Shown here in pieces: positions 52,042 through 64,000 of a DNA stretch of 64,000 bases. Made by a program: the position numbers and the translations under genes. Positions within the stretch are counted from its first letter, which is position 1. Each line of letters begins with the position of its first letter. The notes beneath the pieces were generated by a model, which saw nothing but the letters and a program-made list of their open reading frames with translations, searched no databases and was not told the DNA's origin. The DNA lies in contig JAHLTZ010000017.1 in NCBI GenBank assembly GCA_025786725.1, forward strand, positions 310,001 through 374,000, read 5' to 3'. The DNA is from Syncephalis fuscata S228. Lineage: Eukaryota > Fungi > Zoopagomycota.

Positions 52042-53043
52042 ATGGAGATCCGTGACCCCACGGGTGCTCTAAATGTATTCGAATATTTATCAATGATGTC
52101 TGACGATGAAGCTACAGTTCGTCAGCGATACACAAGCCTTAATCGTGAGCTGTTCTGCTTTTCAATTATGCTTGTCATTTTTGTGCGTAATAGCTATTAT
52201 GCAGGTAAAATAACTTTTCAGTATTCGAATAAACTTGCACCATGGTGTTGTAGCTTTATGAACTGTACCGGCCTCTTGGCTCATACAGTATTTACACTAC
52301 CTTCATGGTTCCTATTGGACCATCTTGCTACACAATGTTATCGACATCCATCATTCTAATGGTATTGGCAACCATAGCGGCCAACACCATACTCTTGGAG
52401 CGTGCCTATATTGCTTATAGTCGCAATCGATGGCTTCTTGCACTGGGTATAATTACCATCGCTTTTCCCGGCCCTATATTCATATATATCACACGCTATT
52501 TTGCCATTGTCAAGATAAATGACAAATATGGCTGCTATCTTGACTATAAGTTTTACGTTCCTTATTTTCGTCTTTGTGTCGATCTTCCCGCCAATATTAT
52601 TTTCTCAATTGCCTCCTGTCTCGCCATTTACCGCGAATACCAACGACGTCACGAAGATTGCTGGAAGAAGCTGGCCCGCAACGGTATTCTCACCATGTTA
52701 CTTGTAGCATCTTCAAATATGCTGTGTTTTGCTTTACTTATTTCGCCTTCGCTTCGATTTTTGGGCGATCTTATGTTTTTCGCTGATTGGTAAGTGCTAT
52801 AAAAGCGTATATTTAAAAAACACCAACGCTTTTGTAATAAGGACGATAGCAAGCGCACTACTTACAAAAAGTGTTGAAAACTTGCATTTTATTGCATCAA
52901 ACTCCTCATTACCAAGTACCAAGCCCAAAATCAAATTACAAACAGAGCATCATTCAATTGAACATGTGCAGGGATCCGTGACTAGTATTTGGCTAGCAAA
53001 TACTGTAACGCCCAATAATAATAACTGTACAATGTATATGTAG
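52042..53043 (+). CDS. Multi-pass membrane protein, paralog of 532-1472; apparent frameshift near 52302
   Basis: MEIRDPTGALNVFEYL...KLAPWCC...GPSC...LLERAYIAY...GC...DLPANIIFS...DCWKKL...DW|. Intron 52790-52841 with an AAG acceptor. Confidence 0.7.
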
Positions 53044-53269
53044 CTATTAATAAACTATATTATATCTGGTATATTTTACAGTCGTAAAACTGCGTTTCAG
53101 TACTAAATAATCATGATAGTAGAAGTTAATAAGTATTAATAAAATAAGCTATTCATCTAGCAGGTTAGATATTGTTCTGGACAACTAAAGGTAATTCTTT
53201 AAATGTTTATTATAATAAAATATTAGCTATGCACATTGTTAATAGTCGATAACATTGCATGGTACATGA

Positions 53270-54575
53270 TTACAGTATAAAACACTGGCGCCGCAGCTTT
53301 TGCATTCGCGTACGAAGCGATGCACGCGCTGCTATTTCAAATACATCGTCAATACCAGATAGATCGAGCGCAGAGCATTCAACATAGCGCATAGCGCCAA
53401 TTCTCCTGGCCATCGCTTCTCCCTAAATAATTTAAATAAATACAGTTTAATAATAGCTATTAGATTTAGTATAAGCTGCAATTCACCTGTTCATAAGTAA
53501 CAATGGCTGTGCCATCCTCAGAACCTGGCTCGCGAAGCGAATCATAGCCATATTGCCCATTGGCTATTGCAACGGCCGTAGCAGCAGCAGACATGGATGT
53601 AATCCCCGTGCTTCCTGTACGAGCACTCACTTCTGATAAAATACTATTGCGATTGCTTGCGGTATTTTCCGTTCTATTACTTTGGGATAGGTGGCGTGAG
53701 AGTCGTGGGTAGTTTGGATATGCACTACCTGTGTAATGGGCCCGTCCAAGATTTCCATAGGTATAGCCTCGATCTACCGGTGTATTATCTTTATAGATGC
53801 TTGAACATGCAGATTTCGGTGTGCCCTCTTGAGAAGGAACGGCCAGTCCATTCGTGTCGACTGAAAGTTCTCCATTCATAGCCCGTTTACGTAAGTCGGT
53901 TTTACACCCAACTAAAATAGTTGGCACATGCTCACAAAAGTGTGCCACTTCAGGTGCCCACTAATTGAATGATTAACATTATTGTATTAGTAAATTAAAT
54001 GTACTAATTTAGTAGTCAGTCTTAATCAAATTACCTTGTCGGCTACATTATAGAACGAACGACCATTAACAACAGAGAAGCAGATTAGAATGACATCCGT
54101 TTCCGGATACGATAATGGCCGTAGTCTATCATATTCTTCTTGACCGGCTGTATCCCATAGTGCAAGTTCGACACGTTTCCCATTTGATGTTTTGACAAAA
54201 GCCAAATAATTTTCAAATACAGTAGGTAAATATCCCTATTAGCACATGAAGCACACAAACCATTTGCCCATTAGTCGGTTAAAGATTAATAGATATAAAA
54301 GTAATATTTACCTTTGGAAACATACCGGTAGAATAAACGATAAGTAGGCAAGTTTTACCACAAGCTCCATCGCCGACTACAACCAGTTTCCTTCGAGTAG
54401 CAGCGCTCGGACTGCCACTCGTATCAGTGGCAACTCCTCTTACAGAGTTATTAAGCATAGGAAGTGCTGCTTTTGAATAAGAGCTATTCGTAGATACGGA
54501 CGCTCGATTCCAATATGATTGCTATACCAAATTAGCTATCTTATTATTAATTAAAAATACGCGACTTACTGCCAT
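53270..54575 (-). CDS. Rho-family GTPase (Rho4-like) with a long insertion; CAAX box CFIL
   Basis: [63 protein letters not shown]; C-terminal RRQCFIL*. Confidence 0.9.
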
Positions 54576-55334
54576 TTAAACAATAATTAGTGCACAAGTA
54601 GTAGCTCTTCAATAGTGACCAACAAATAAAATAAAGTACAATCTATTGTACGATTTAAAGTAAAGTAAAATAAAGAAGAAGTCAACAGTGGCAAGTCTAG
54701 TCGAGTTGATGCACACGCACGCACACAGAGAAACAGATAGACAGATAGACAGATAGATACTAGGGGCTCGTTTCTAGCGTGTCAAAACCAAAAGAGACGT
54801 GGAATTATCGTGTATTACGAAGAGATGGTTGACAAGCTATCGACGCTGTCACACAATACAGCTTGTCTTTGTTAAGCACAAATACTATCAAAATTAATTG
54901 GGTAAAAGTCGTATCTGTATACGGAACGAACAAAGAATAGTTGCGGTTGGCAAGCACAATAAGTCGAATAATGAACGCCTTTTCTTTACGACAGAATAAG
55001 ATAACCGACAAATAAAACGGATCCACTGATTATAGACAACAATAAGAATGGTTGTCCCGGTAACAGATGGCCGTATAGAAACATTGATTTGTAGACTGAA
55101 TAATAAACAATAGTGATTTTACAAGTAGAAAGTATGTAATGTTATTGCTACTGTTATTATTATTATTGCTATTATTACGTTGAGTATTGTTGTTATTACA
55201 TTGAATATTGTTGTTGGTAACCAACAAAAAGAAAAAAGAACAACAACAATAAAGGCTTATTTGTTATGACATTTAGTTTATTTGCTCAATGTGTTACATA
55301 TCGTCTTTATAGGATAAGTTTAATATGGTCATAA

Positions 55335-58141
55335 TCAGTTAGTCTCTCGTTGAATACTGACAGTGGGGGATTGCCAAATATCATAATCATTATCAAGAGT
55401 ATGATCACCCAATGGGCGAAGTGCCAGTACCGTTAAATAGTAACGGCCATTAGGTAAATCCGATACAGTGTGCCGATCATCGAGCGATTCAACATCACCA
55501 GTCCAGGGAAGGGCCAGTTCATAATTATCGGGTGTGTCGTCATTACGGCTTAGTAATTCGCTAATACTATTAGGAACAATACCTAAAAGCTGTTTTGTTT
55601 CGGCCGAGTAAATACGAACAAAAGATAGGCGTGTTGCGTATTCAAGCCGAATGTAGACCCAAGGGAAATCGTAATTTTTCATACTATAGGTGGCCGTTTC
55701 GTTAGGAAGGGCAATCTGCGTATTATCATTTAAATTACGCAAGAATGGATAATTACTGGCCAGATTAAATACGTGAATATCACGGAGACGGCCCTTCATG
55801 CCTAAATAAGGCACATAGACGGCATCCTTACTGCTCGTACTACTATGACAGCGCCACGATGAATTTGCCGTTGGATCGATCGATAAATAGCCAGAATAAA
55901 CCCATCTTTCTGCTTCAGGGAGTGATCTTGGTGGTCGAATGGTTACGGTGATGTCACGTGACTCACCGGCTGGTATTTGAATTTCTTGAGTGGAGAAGGT
56001 CACAGCAGCGTAAATACGCTTTTGAAGTGGTGTAGCTGGGACCATTTGTGAGGCATTAAAGCTTTGTACCGATAGAGCAGGCTGGTGCCTTAAACGATAA
56101 GTTTTCGCCTCTTGATCGTTATTGAGAATTGTAATAGTTTTTTGAATAGTTGAAGTAGCATCTGCCTGTTGTTGCGTATCATTAAGTGCGAGACGAGATG
56201 GCGTAACACGAGTTTTGCTTATCAATGCTTGTTTTACATTGATCATGCCTGCACCCTGACGAGCTACCGACGAAGTAATCCAGTGCTTATTGATCGACTG
56301 CACTGTTGGTTTACCGGCATTTTGGAAGGCTTCTCGAATATGCGCTGCTGTAACATTTGTCTTGCCATAAGCTTGTAAATAAAGTGCAATTGATCCTGCA
56401 ATGTAGGGACTGGCCATTGAAGTGCCGCTAAGTGTAGCATAGCCGTTGCTAATTGTGAGTGGATAAGTCGAGTAGATTTGGCCGCCAGGAGCACCAATAT
56501 CGGGCTTAATCTCTAGCATAGGACCGGGGCCCCACGATGCAAAAGTCGACACTTGATTGCCATTAGGATTTGTAACATATCGAGCATCGGCTTCAAAAGT
56601 GGTAAATACCGTTTCATTGTCAGGCTTTGTTTTAATTGCTTCGACAAGCGCATTGCCATTGATGCTATTAATGCCTACTAATGGTAGTAGCGTTGGGTTG
56701 TCGAGTTTAGGCTGCAATGGTCCATCGACATTATTGTAAACGACGACGGCAATGGCACCGGCATTTTTAGCTATACGGGCCTTGTCGTCCATAACACAGC
56801 CACCACGTTTAACCAGCATAACATGACCAGTATAATTATTAACGAGTGCATTACAGCCATATTCGTTATTAGTATCGACGAGTGAGAATGGAACGTTTGT
56901 AAAATTAAGTGTATGGCCTGGATCGGCCGCTAGATACTCGATAGTATAGTCACTTTTAATATTCACGCTAAATATTGTAGCAAATACTTGGAGCTATCAA
57001 GCGCGGTCACCGATAAAGCATTATCAGAGAGTGCAGGTGACGATGTGGCCCACAATCCGGTCGTACCATCATTGCCGGCAGCTGCCACTACAATAATGCC
57101 ACGTTGTGCTAAACGGTCGGCTGCTAAGCCATCAGGAGCATCGGCCCATCGAACGGGCGAAACAATCGAAAGATTAACAATATCCATACCGTCGACGTAG
57201 GCCCGCTCCATACCAGCAATGACAAAATCAGAATCGGTATTTTCCTGGCAGCCAAATACTCGGTAGGCGCCCAGGATAGCGGCTGGCGCAACACCCGTCA
57301 CTTTGGTATCATTGCCACCAATAATACCGGCGACATGTGTACCATGGCCATTACAAGTATCACGAGGGTCTTCATCGGGCTTTTGCGTGCCAATGCCCGT
57401 AAAATTATCCCCAACAAAGTCGTAGCCATAGGCAACACGGCACCCTGGACCGAAACAGCCGCCCAATGCCGGATGCGTATAATCAATGCCAGAATCGACG
57501 ACACCGACTTTAATGCCATTACCGTTGTATTTTTGCTGCTCGTGAAGTTCTTTCACACCCGTTTCTTCGTGGATGGCATCAATTTGATTTACGGTAGCTA
57601 CAGTTGACTCATGAGGGCGGGCAATCGATTTAAGTGTCCATACAGCAATAACATTGTCAAGACTTTTAATACGTTCAATATTATCGGCTGCTGTATCAAC
57701 GCTGATGGCATTTAATAAATTTGCAAACGATAATCGTGGAGTAAATTTAATACCAGCATTTGTCATTTTTGTGCGTAATTCATCGTGTTGTTTTAGTCTA
57801 TCATTGCCGACATCGGCAAGTTCAATCATAAGAATAGCTTGGATTATATTTTTGGTATTTTCTGTTGATGGTACTGCTTCTGTAGAAGTAGTGCTATTGT
57901 TAATGATAGTTGCATTAATGCTAGTAGTAGTTGTTGTTGTTGTATTGGTACCGGTGGTATGTGTAATGTTACTATTGCTAATAATAGGTATATTAGCAGT
58001 AGTGGCGATGTTAGAATCAATGGTAGCTGTGCTGTTATTATTGATATTGTTATTATTATCAGTGATGGAGACTGCTACGGCTTGGTGAACGACTTGCAGC
58101 ACAGCTGCAACGCAAACGATCAAAGCAAAACGAATTTGCAT
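55335..58141 (-). CDS. Secreted S8 subtilisin with PA and Fn3-like (DUF1034) domains; apparent frameshift near 56965
   Basis: Signal peptide; catalytic motifs VGVVDSGIDY, GHGTHVAGI and SGTSMASPY; PA domain VKRGGC..DDKA; RQGAGMINV. Confidence 0.92.
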
Positions 58142-58549
58142 GTTCTTTTTATGAATAGTGGAAACGGGAAGACAACCGGGGAGAAACAATAGAGTATACG
58201 ATAACCAGGATCGTATCTAAAGTAGACGAATTGTAAACTAGTAAAGAATTGGAATATTTAAAGACTAAAAATAAAAAAGCCACACTAGTCGACTATATAT
58301 GTATTGGATAGGTCAGAATTCGTGAAAGCCGTAGTCGACTCCTAGATATTCCGGCAATATTAAATTGGAGTATCACCTTCCATATAAGGTATATTTAGAT
58401 ATTATATTTTAAACTACGATACTTAAAATAGACAATTGCCATAAATTAACAGCTATAGAAATCCATTTAAATCTAATAGCACACCATTGGTTCGGTTAAA
58501 TTATAGTAAAAAATAAAAAACTAAAATAGATACACAGTTTATTTCTGAT

Positions 58550-60260
58550 TCAAGTTGTGCCAAGAAGACGAGCACAATACCATGTCTGTTCGCTTGTTGT
58601 ATCGCCATTGGGCTTTCGTTTGTTGCGTGCTGCAGCACCTGTGGCTGTAACTCGTCGAGCAAATTTCATTAACCAACTGTCAATTTGTGCCGATGCAATA
58701 GCAATATCTGCTAAATAGATACGCAGTTCATCGGCCTGCCATCGTGGCCGTATGTCAAATAGTGCACGTAATCTTGCAGCGGGATCTTGTGCCAATTCGT
58801 CAATAGGTAAATAATGAAGTAATTTTGGTTTAGTCAGTGCATTATTATCTGCGTTTTTATCGTCATCTGAAATACAAATGCCCTATTAACACAGTAATAT
58901 AAATCATATATTAATACGTGCATCCATTTGGTCATTATAGCTTACTTGAAGCATATCCAGCGATACTGTATACCCTTCAGGACTGATTCTGACCATACTT
59001 TAATAAATTCGTTTTCTTCATAGTGGATACCCTTTAAAGTAATAGTACATGGTATTAGTATTTGATAAGTAGCGAACTGATGTATATTATATAATTACCG
59101 TATGCTGTCGGAATATTTCATGGCCAATATATCGACACACCTTAGCAGCTACAAATACATGAGGCACATTATCAAGTAGCTTATTATAAACCAAAGCTGT
59201 ATGTGTCGCTGAAATTGAATCCAATGATTGTACTGTGGCAAATTTGCAAAAACAATGACGAATAATCATAATAGATAGTGTATAGCTATCTATATCACTC
59301 TTAGCATTAGATGGCATTAATAATGGTGCATTTTGTGCTTCTAATCCCATTAATGTAAAGCATTGTTGTGGTGTAACTGGTGTATTTTCCTCAATTATAA
59401 TACCTTCTGCAGCAAATGTTGTAAATATTGAAGCAAGTGTATGACAAACGTGTTCTGATGCAATTCTTCGATAGCCTTGATCTATAATTGAAATAGCTGA
59501 TTATTACTACTATTGCTGTATTGTTAACAGCTTACCTTCAAGCTGTACTATATCGTAATCTAATAATCCTTTTGCTAGTTCATCATCACTAGCTTGTATC
59601 TCCGAACGTAATTCATCCAAAGTTAGTGCTGCTGCCTAATTCAATTATTAATATAATATAGATTATACAATAAATTTATAAGTAAGCATACTTTGTTCAG
59701 CAATGAGACTCCATCCCAAACGGCGTTGACTCGACTCGTTAAATCGCGTAATCGAGCCGTATTGGGTCGTATTTGTCGTGCTTCTAAAAGATGTCCTAGT
59801 GCCGCCTGTATAGTTACTGGTTGTGGCGTCTTTTCTGTAACCTCCATACTATTATCAATACTAGTTGTATCGGTTGTATGGTTATTTTTCTCTTCAGTAT
59901 CGGCAAGTAATAGTGTATTGGACCATTCTACTCGTCGTAAAGCAAAAGTAACCGATGGCGTACATAGTACAGCTTCATCTTTTGGTCGACCTCTAATGAC
60001 CAACGGTACTTTCTCTTGACTTTTTACAAACCCTTTTAGTCAACTATAATATAGTATGTATTAAGACGTTTTACTTACTCGGTATCACTCGTCAGTGCTC
60101 GTTCTAACGTCTCGTCTAGTTCGAGTAGAGCGTACCCGTGATTCTCTAGATCTTCTGCGGCAATAGCAGTACCCGCATTACCAGCACGTTCTTCGTAGTC
60201 TGAGGCATAAGCAATACGGAGGTGCCGCGTGTCGGCAGTCCGTGTCAAATCATACGGCAT
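58550..60260 (-). CDS. DCC1: Sister chromatid cohesion protein Dcc1, multi-exon
   Basis: LLELDETL...VIRGRPKDEAVLCTPSVTFALRRVEWSNTLLL; IQASDDEL; DPAARLRALFDIRPRW...LMKFAR. Confidence 0.88.
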
Positions 60261-60439
60261 GATAGGTAGGGAATATAAATGAGAGAGCAAGAGAGAACGA
60301 AAGAAAAGAATGAATTCTAATCGATGAACTCTACTTTAATCTTAATACGTCTCTTTCTTTTTCTTTGTATTTGACCGACCGCTATCCTTCTGCTATTGCT
60401 GCTGGGTCGTTTGTTAACGTAAACATTGACGTTATTGTG

Positions 60440-62168
60440 ATGTCGCCTGCTAAACGAAAAGATGGTCTCCACGCTGAACGTATACATGAAATAAACGAAG
60501 CACTTGGTAGGCGTGACCTCGAACGACTACGAGAACTGGCCGTCACTGGACCAGGTTTTGTTAATAATGGCCTTCGCCGTCTTGTATGGTAACTACAATG
60601 GCTATATAATATATAACATACAATATTAGCTATTAAATAGTAAATATTGAATATTAGGCCTCTCTTATTATCACCCATTAATGATCAGCCAATTAATAAG
60701 GATCTATTTATGATGCACAAAAGTAAGTGCTTTTATTAAATAAAAAAGCTATTTAATTAGTCTATTATAATATTCTATTTGATGCATTAATAATTTAGAT
60801 AAATCGCTACCTCCACATCGAGATGCGCGACAAATAGAATTGGATGTCAATCGTAGTAGCAATTATTGCACTGCCGGTAAGATAAATTAGATGGTTAAAC
60901 AATGGTAGAATACAATTAGCCATATTATTAATAATATATAATTGTTAGCTACACGCCAAGGTGTAAAGCGTGGGAAGCGACATCAGTTAAATAAAGTAGC
61001 ACTTTACGTCTTAGAGTCGGATGCCAATCTTCACTATTACCAGGTAAATCATTTCTAGCCTATAATAATAATAATGATGATACGCTTAACTTGAATTATA
61101 AATCGGTAGGGATTTCATGATGTGTGCTCGGTATTTCTAAATGTACTTGGGGATTCGTCGGCCAAGGATGCAACGCTTACTGTGGCGCGTCATTATTTAA
61201 GATATCCTTGGCAATTCGTTGTATATTAGTTATAGCTTAACCTATCGTATTACAGATGCTATGGCTTCGAATTTAGAACCAGTCATGGATCAATTACAGC
61301 TACTCTATCCACTAATAGATTTCATTGATTCAGAGTTGGCCAAATTCCTTATAGCGTAAGTATTGATTCTACAAAAAGATTTATGGAAGTTTATTCAAAC
61401 TCTTATTTTCAGCTCCGAGACACCAGTTTATTTTGCCGTCGGCTGGGTTCTTTCCTGGTTTAGTCATCATGTGTCTCATTTAGATCAGGCAGCCCGTCTT
61501 TTCGACTTATTCATTTCGACAAATCCCATTATGCCGCTTTATGTGGCAGCTCAGGTATGACATACTTTTAACTTGGCAGCCATTGAATTACTTATTCTTC
61601 ATGGTAACGATAGGTCGTGGCCGCACAACGGGATGAATTACTGGCTGGCGAATGCGAATTTACTGTGGTGCATCACCGACTAAGCAATATGCCAACCAAA
61701 CTACTAACTAATGAGCTGCTAAACAAAGCAGTACTGCTTTATCAACAATTCCCTCTCAGTCATCTTCAACGTAAAGCAAACCATTTTCTAGATCCGCAGT
61801 AAGTCACAAAGCTGTATTAACGATTGCCATTTGTTTGTTAAGCTGATATAAATACATGTCTTACAATCAATAGATCGGCAGCAAGGCAATTTTTTATTAA
61901 AGATGCAGCCGATATTAAACAACATGAATTATCACCATCATTATCTTTTATACAAAATATTCAGGTAAGCATTTAATAGATCAGCTAATAATATAATATA
62001 AATATTAATACAATGTTTATTTCATTAGTCAATATCCAGCTCAAATCAGGTAATTGACCAACTAATCCAACTATCATCTATACTGATGTTTAAATTGGTC
62101 TCAAGTATTTGTTATTTTTATTTGCATTCTTACTAGTATTGGTGGCGTTCCCTATAACTTACTTGTAA
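60440..62168 (+). CDS. GYP8: Rab-GAP TBC protein (Gyp8/TBC1D20-like) with C-terminal TM, multi-exon
   Basis: GFVNNGLRRLVWP, RDARQIELDVNRS, LHYYQ|GFHDVCS, YFAVGWVLSWFSH, ARLFDLFISTNPIMPLY. Confidence 0.85.
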
Positions 62169-62985
62169 GTAGTTTAGTGCCAATAATAACGCCTATTTAT
62201 TTATTATTTAATCATCATATTATATACATCTTATTTTTACTATAGTAATACTAGCCATTAATTGACGTCACATCTACGTTATTATTTTGTTTAGCCTTAT
62301 TATGATGCCCCAATAATTATTTTTTTCTTACGGATTTATCTATTTTCTAACGGTAACAATGCAAATTCTCATTGTTCAAGGCACGATTATTAATTTAGTA
62401 ACATCATTGAATTTAAACATTTTAAAGTCCGATCATGGAATTCTTTAGCGCTTAATAAATTTATCGCTATTTTAATTTAATATAAATATTATCTCAGATT
62501 AAATTACTACATTGCCCAATTTGGAAATTCTATTTTTGGCACTTTTACAGGCTCTTTAGTATTACGTGAATTTCTTGTAAACCAAGATAGCTTAAAAATT
62601 ATCATTTGGTCCGATATGAAAACCACCCATGGTTTTAATAGCCAAGTCAATAAGTTGATGAGAACGATGCGGTCTTTATAATGCGTATGCTCTTTGCAAC
62701 TTTGCCTTGCTTTCCTAATATTCCTATCTACTTTTTTTCAACTCAAACCGTCTACCTATTGCTAGTCAACTATTATCCTGATAGCTATACAACTGCCTAA
62801 TACACTATCATCAGGATTATTGCTGTATTGTACTAGATACATACATATATATATATATATACATCTATATCGATAATCAAATCTGTTATTACACTTTATT
62901 TCGTATAATACATTGATCTCTTTTAATCCGTTGAACTAGATACTGCTGGGCTAGATCTGAATTATTTGCTTTTCATAAACTAATC

Positions 62986-64000
62986 ATGCGACTTTTATCA
63001 ACTATTATCTCTACTCTTTCATTACTGGCGGTAATACAGACCAGTACGACAATTGGTGGTCCAGTGGGTCGTACAAGCTCAAGTAAGCAGTCGACTGCAT
63101 TACCACGCCTTTTGGCACGCGATACACCTATAGAAACCGTTATCAATGATCAGTCGACCGTTGTGGCCGAGCCCTATAATACATACGTTATCGAGTTTGA
63201 CGTGGACTCGGAAGTTTCTTCAAGCGACGCACTTAGTAATTTTCGTGGACAGCTCACTGCAGCCAATATCACCTACACTGAACGATATGTCTATAATACA
63301 GCACTGAAAGGCATTAGTTTGCAAACAACAAATGACCAATATCGTCAACTTAGTTCACTGGGCCTGGTCAAGAAAATCTGGCCTGTACATGTGGCAGTCA
63401 GTTCACCGGCTGTTGTTGTCGCCAATAGCCAAGTCAATCAACTAAGCCTGGTACATCAAATGACCGGTGTTACCAAAGTACAAACCAACCTTAAACTCAA
63501 TGGTAGCGGCATTAAGGTTGGCATTGTTGACTCTGGCGTTGATTATCGCCATCCAGCACTGGGCGGTTGTTTTGGTGCTGGGTGCCGTGTTGCCTACGGC
63601 TACGATTTCGTCGGCGATAAATTCGATGATACAAGCATTCCTGTGGCCGATAATGACCCTCTTGATACTTGCAGCGGACATGGCACTCATGTTGCCGGCA
63701 TTATTGGTGCCAACAGCGCAGTGGTAACAGGTGTTGCACCTAATGTTATTTTCGGTGCCTACCGTATTACTTCATGCAGTGGTCAAACATTTTCTGATAT
63801 CACTGTGGCCGGTATGGAACGTGCCTACGCCGATGGCATGGATATTATTAATCTATCGATGATCAGCGAGAATCCATGGCCCACATTTACAACGGCGCTT
63901 GCGGCCGAACGTATAACAGCTCTTGGTGTGCACGTAGTAGGTGCCGCCGGTAATAGCGGTTTACTTGGACTATGGCTAGAAAGTGCGCCAGGTGCAGCGC
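62986..64000 (+). CDS. Second secreted S8 subtilisin (5' part; runs off the window); paralog of 55335-58141
   Basis: MRLLSTIISTLSLLAV signal peptide; I9-like prodomain; IKVGIVDSGVDYRHPALGGCFGAGCRVAYGYDFVGD; GHGTHVAGIIGA; AAGNSG. Confidence 0.92.
   Translation, partial: MRLLSTIISTLSLLAVIQTSTTIGGPVGRTSSSKQSTALPRLLARDTPIETVINDQSTVVAEPYNTYVIEFDVDSEVSSSDALSNFRGQLTAANITYTERYVYNTALKGISLQTTNDQYRQLSSLGLVKKIWPVHVAVSSPAVVVANSQVNQLSLVHQMTGVTKVQTNLKLNGSGIKVGIVDSGVDYRHPALGGCFGAGCRVAYGYDFVGDKFDDTSIPVADNDPLDTCSGHGTHVAGIIGANSAVVTGVAPNVIFGAYRITSCSGQTFSDITVAGMERAYADGMDIINLSMISENPWPTFTTALAAERITALGVHVVGAAGNSGLLGLWLESAPGAA

Overview
AT-rich, intron-rich eukaryotic (fungal) DNA with short GT-AG introns. The gene content (MMAA/MeaB, TBC1D31, SLC41, PA+Fn3 subtilisins, lineage-specific multi-TM families) suggests an early-diverging fungus, plausibly Zoopagomycota such as Syncephalis; this is inference, not a database result. 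About 20 conventional genes are separated by three gene-poor islands (about 4.3-8.2, 15.3-20.8 and 32.1-37.7 kb). The islands hold four members of one secreted-peptide family that share a promoter block and a prepro leader. Main discovery: in three of these loci the mature peptide is encoded by a ladder of 3-nt micro-exons (yAG-NNN-GTA), one codon-equivalent per 70-83 bp intron+exon repeat. The gene at 32656-34515 (-) has 21 such units. They splice in frame, with no internal stop, to MKFSIGVVCTIFMALVVITATVDAMPTLGRR-DQIAFVGGKPAAKAAERPFRFD*. The paralog at 36219-36786 has 5 units (...VDAKPAPIR-DPLPVM*) and is duplicated at 5873-6434. A fourth, intronless paralog (17964-18197) carries an 8-Cys peptide on the same leader. 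Caveat: many conserved genes have single-base-deletion frameshifts, which suggests an under-polished assembly.
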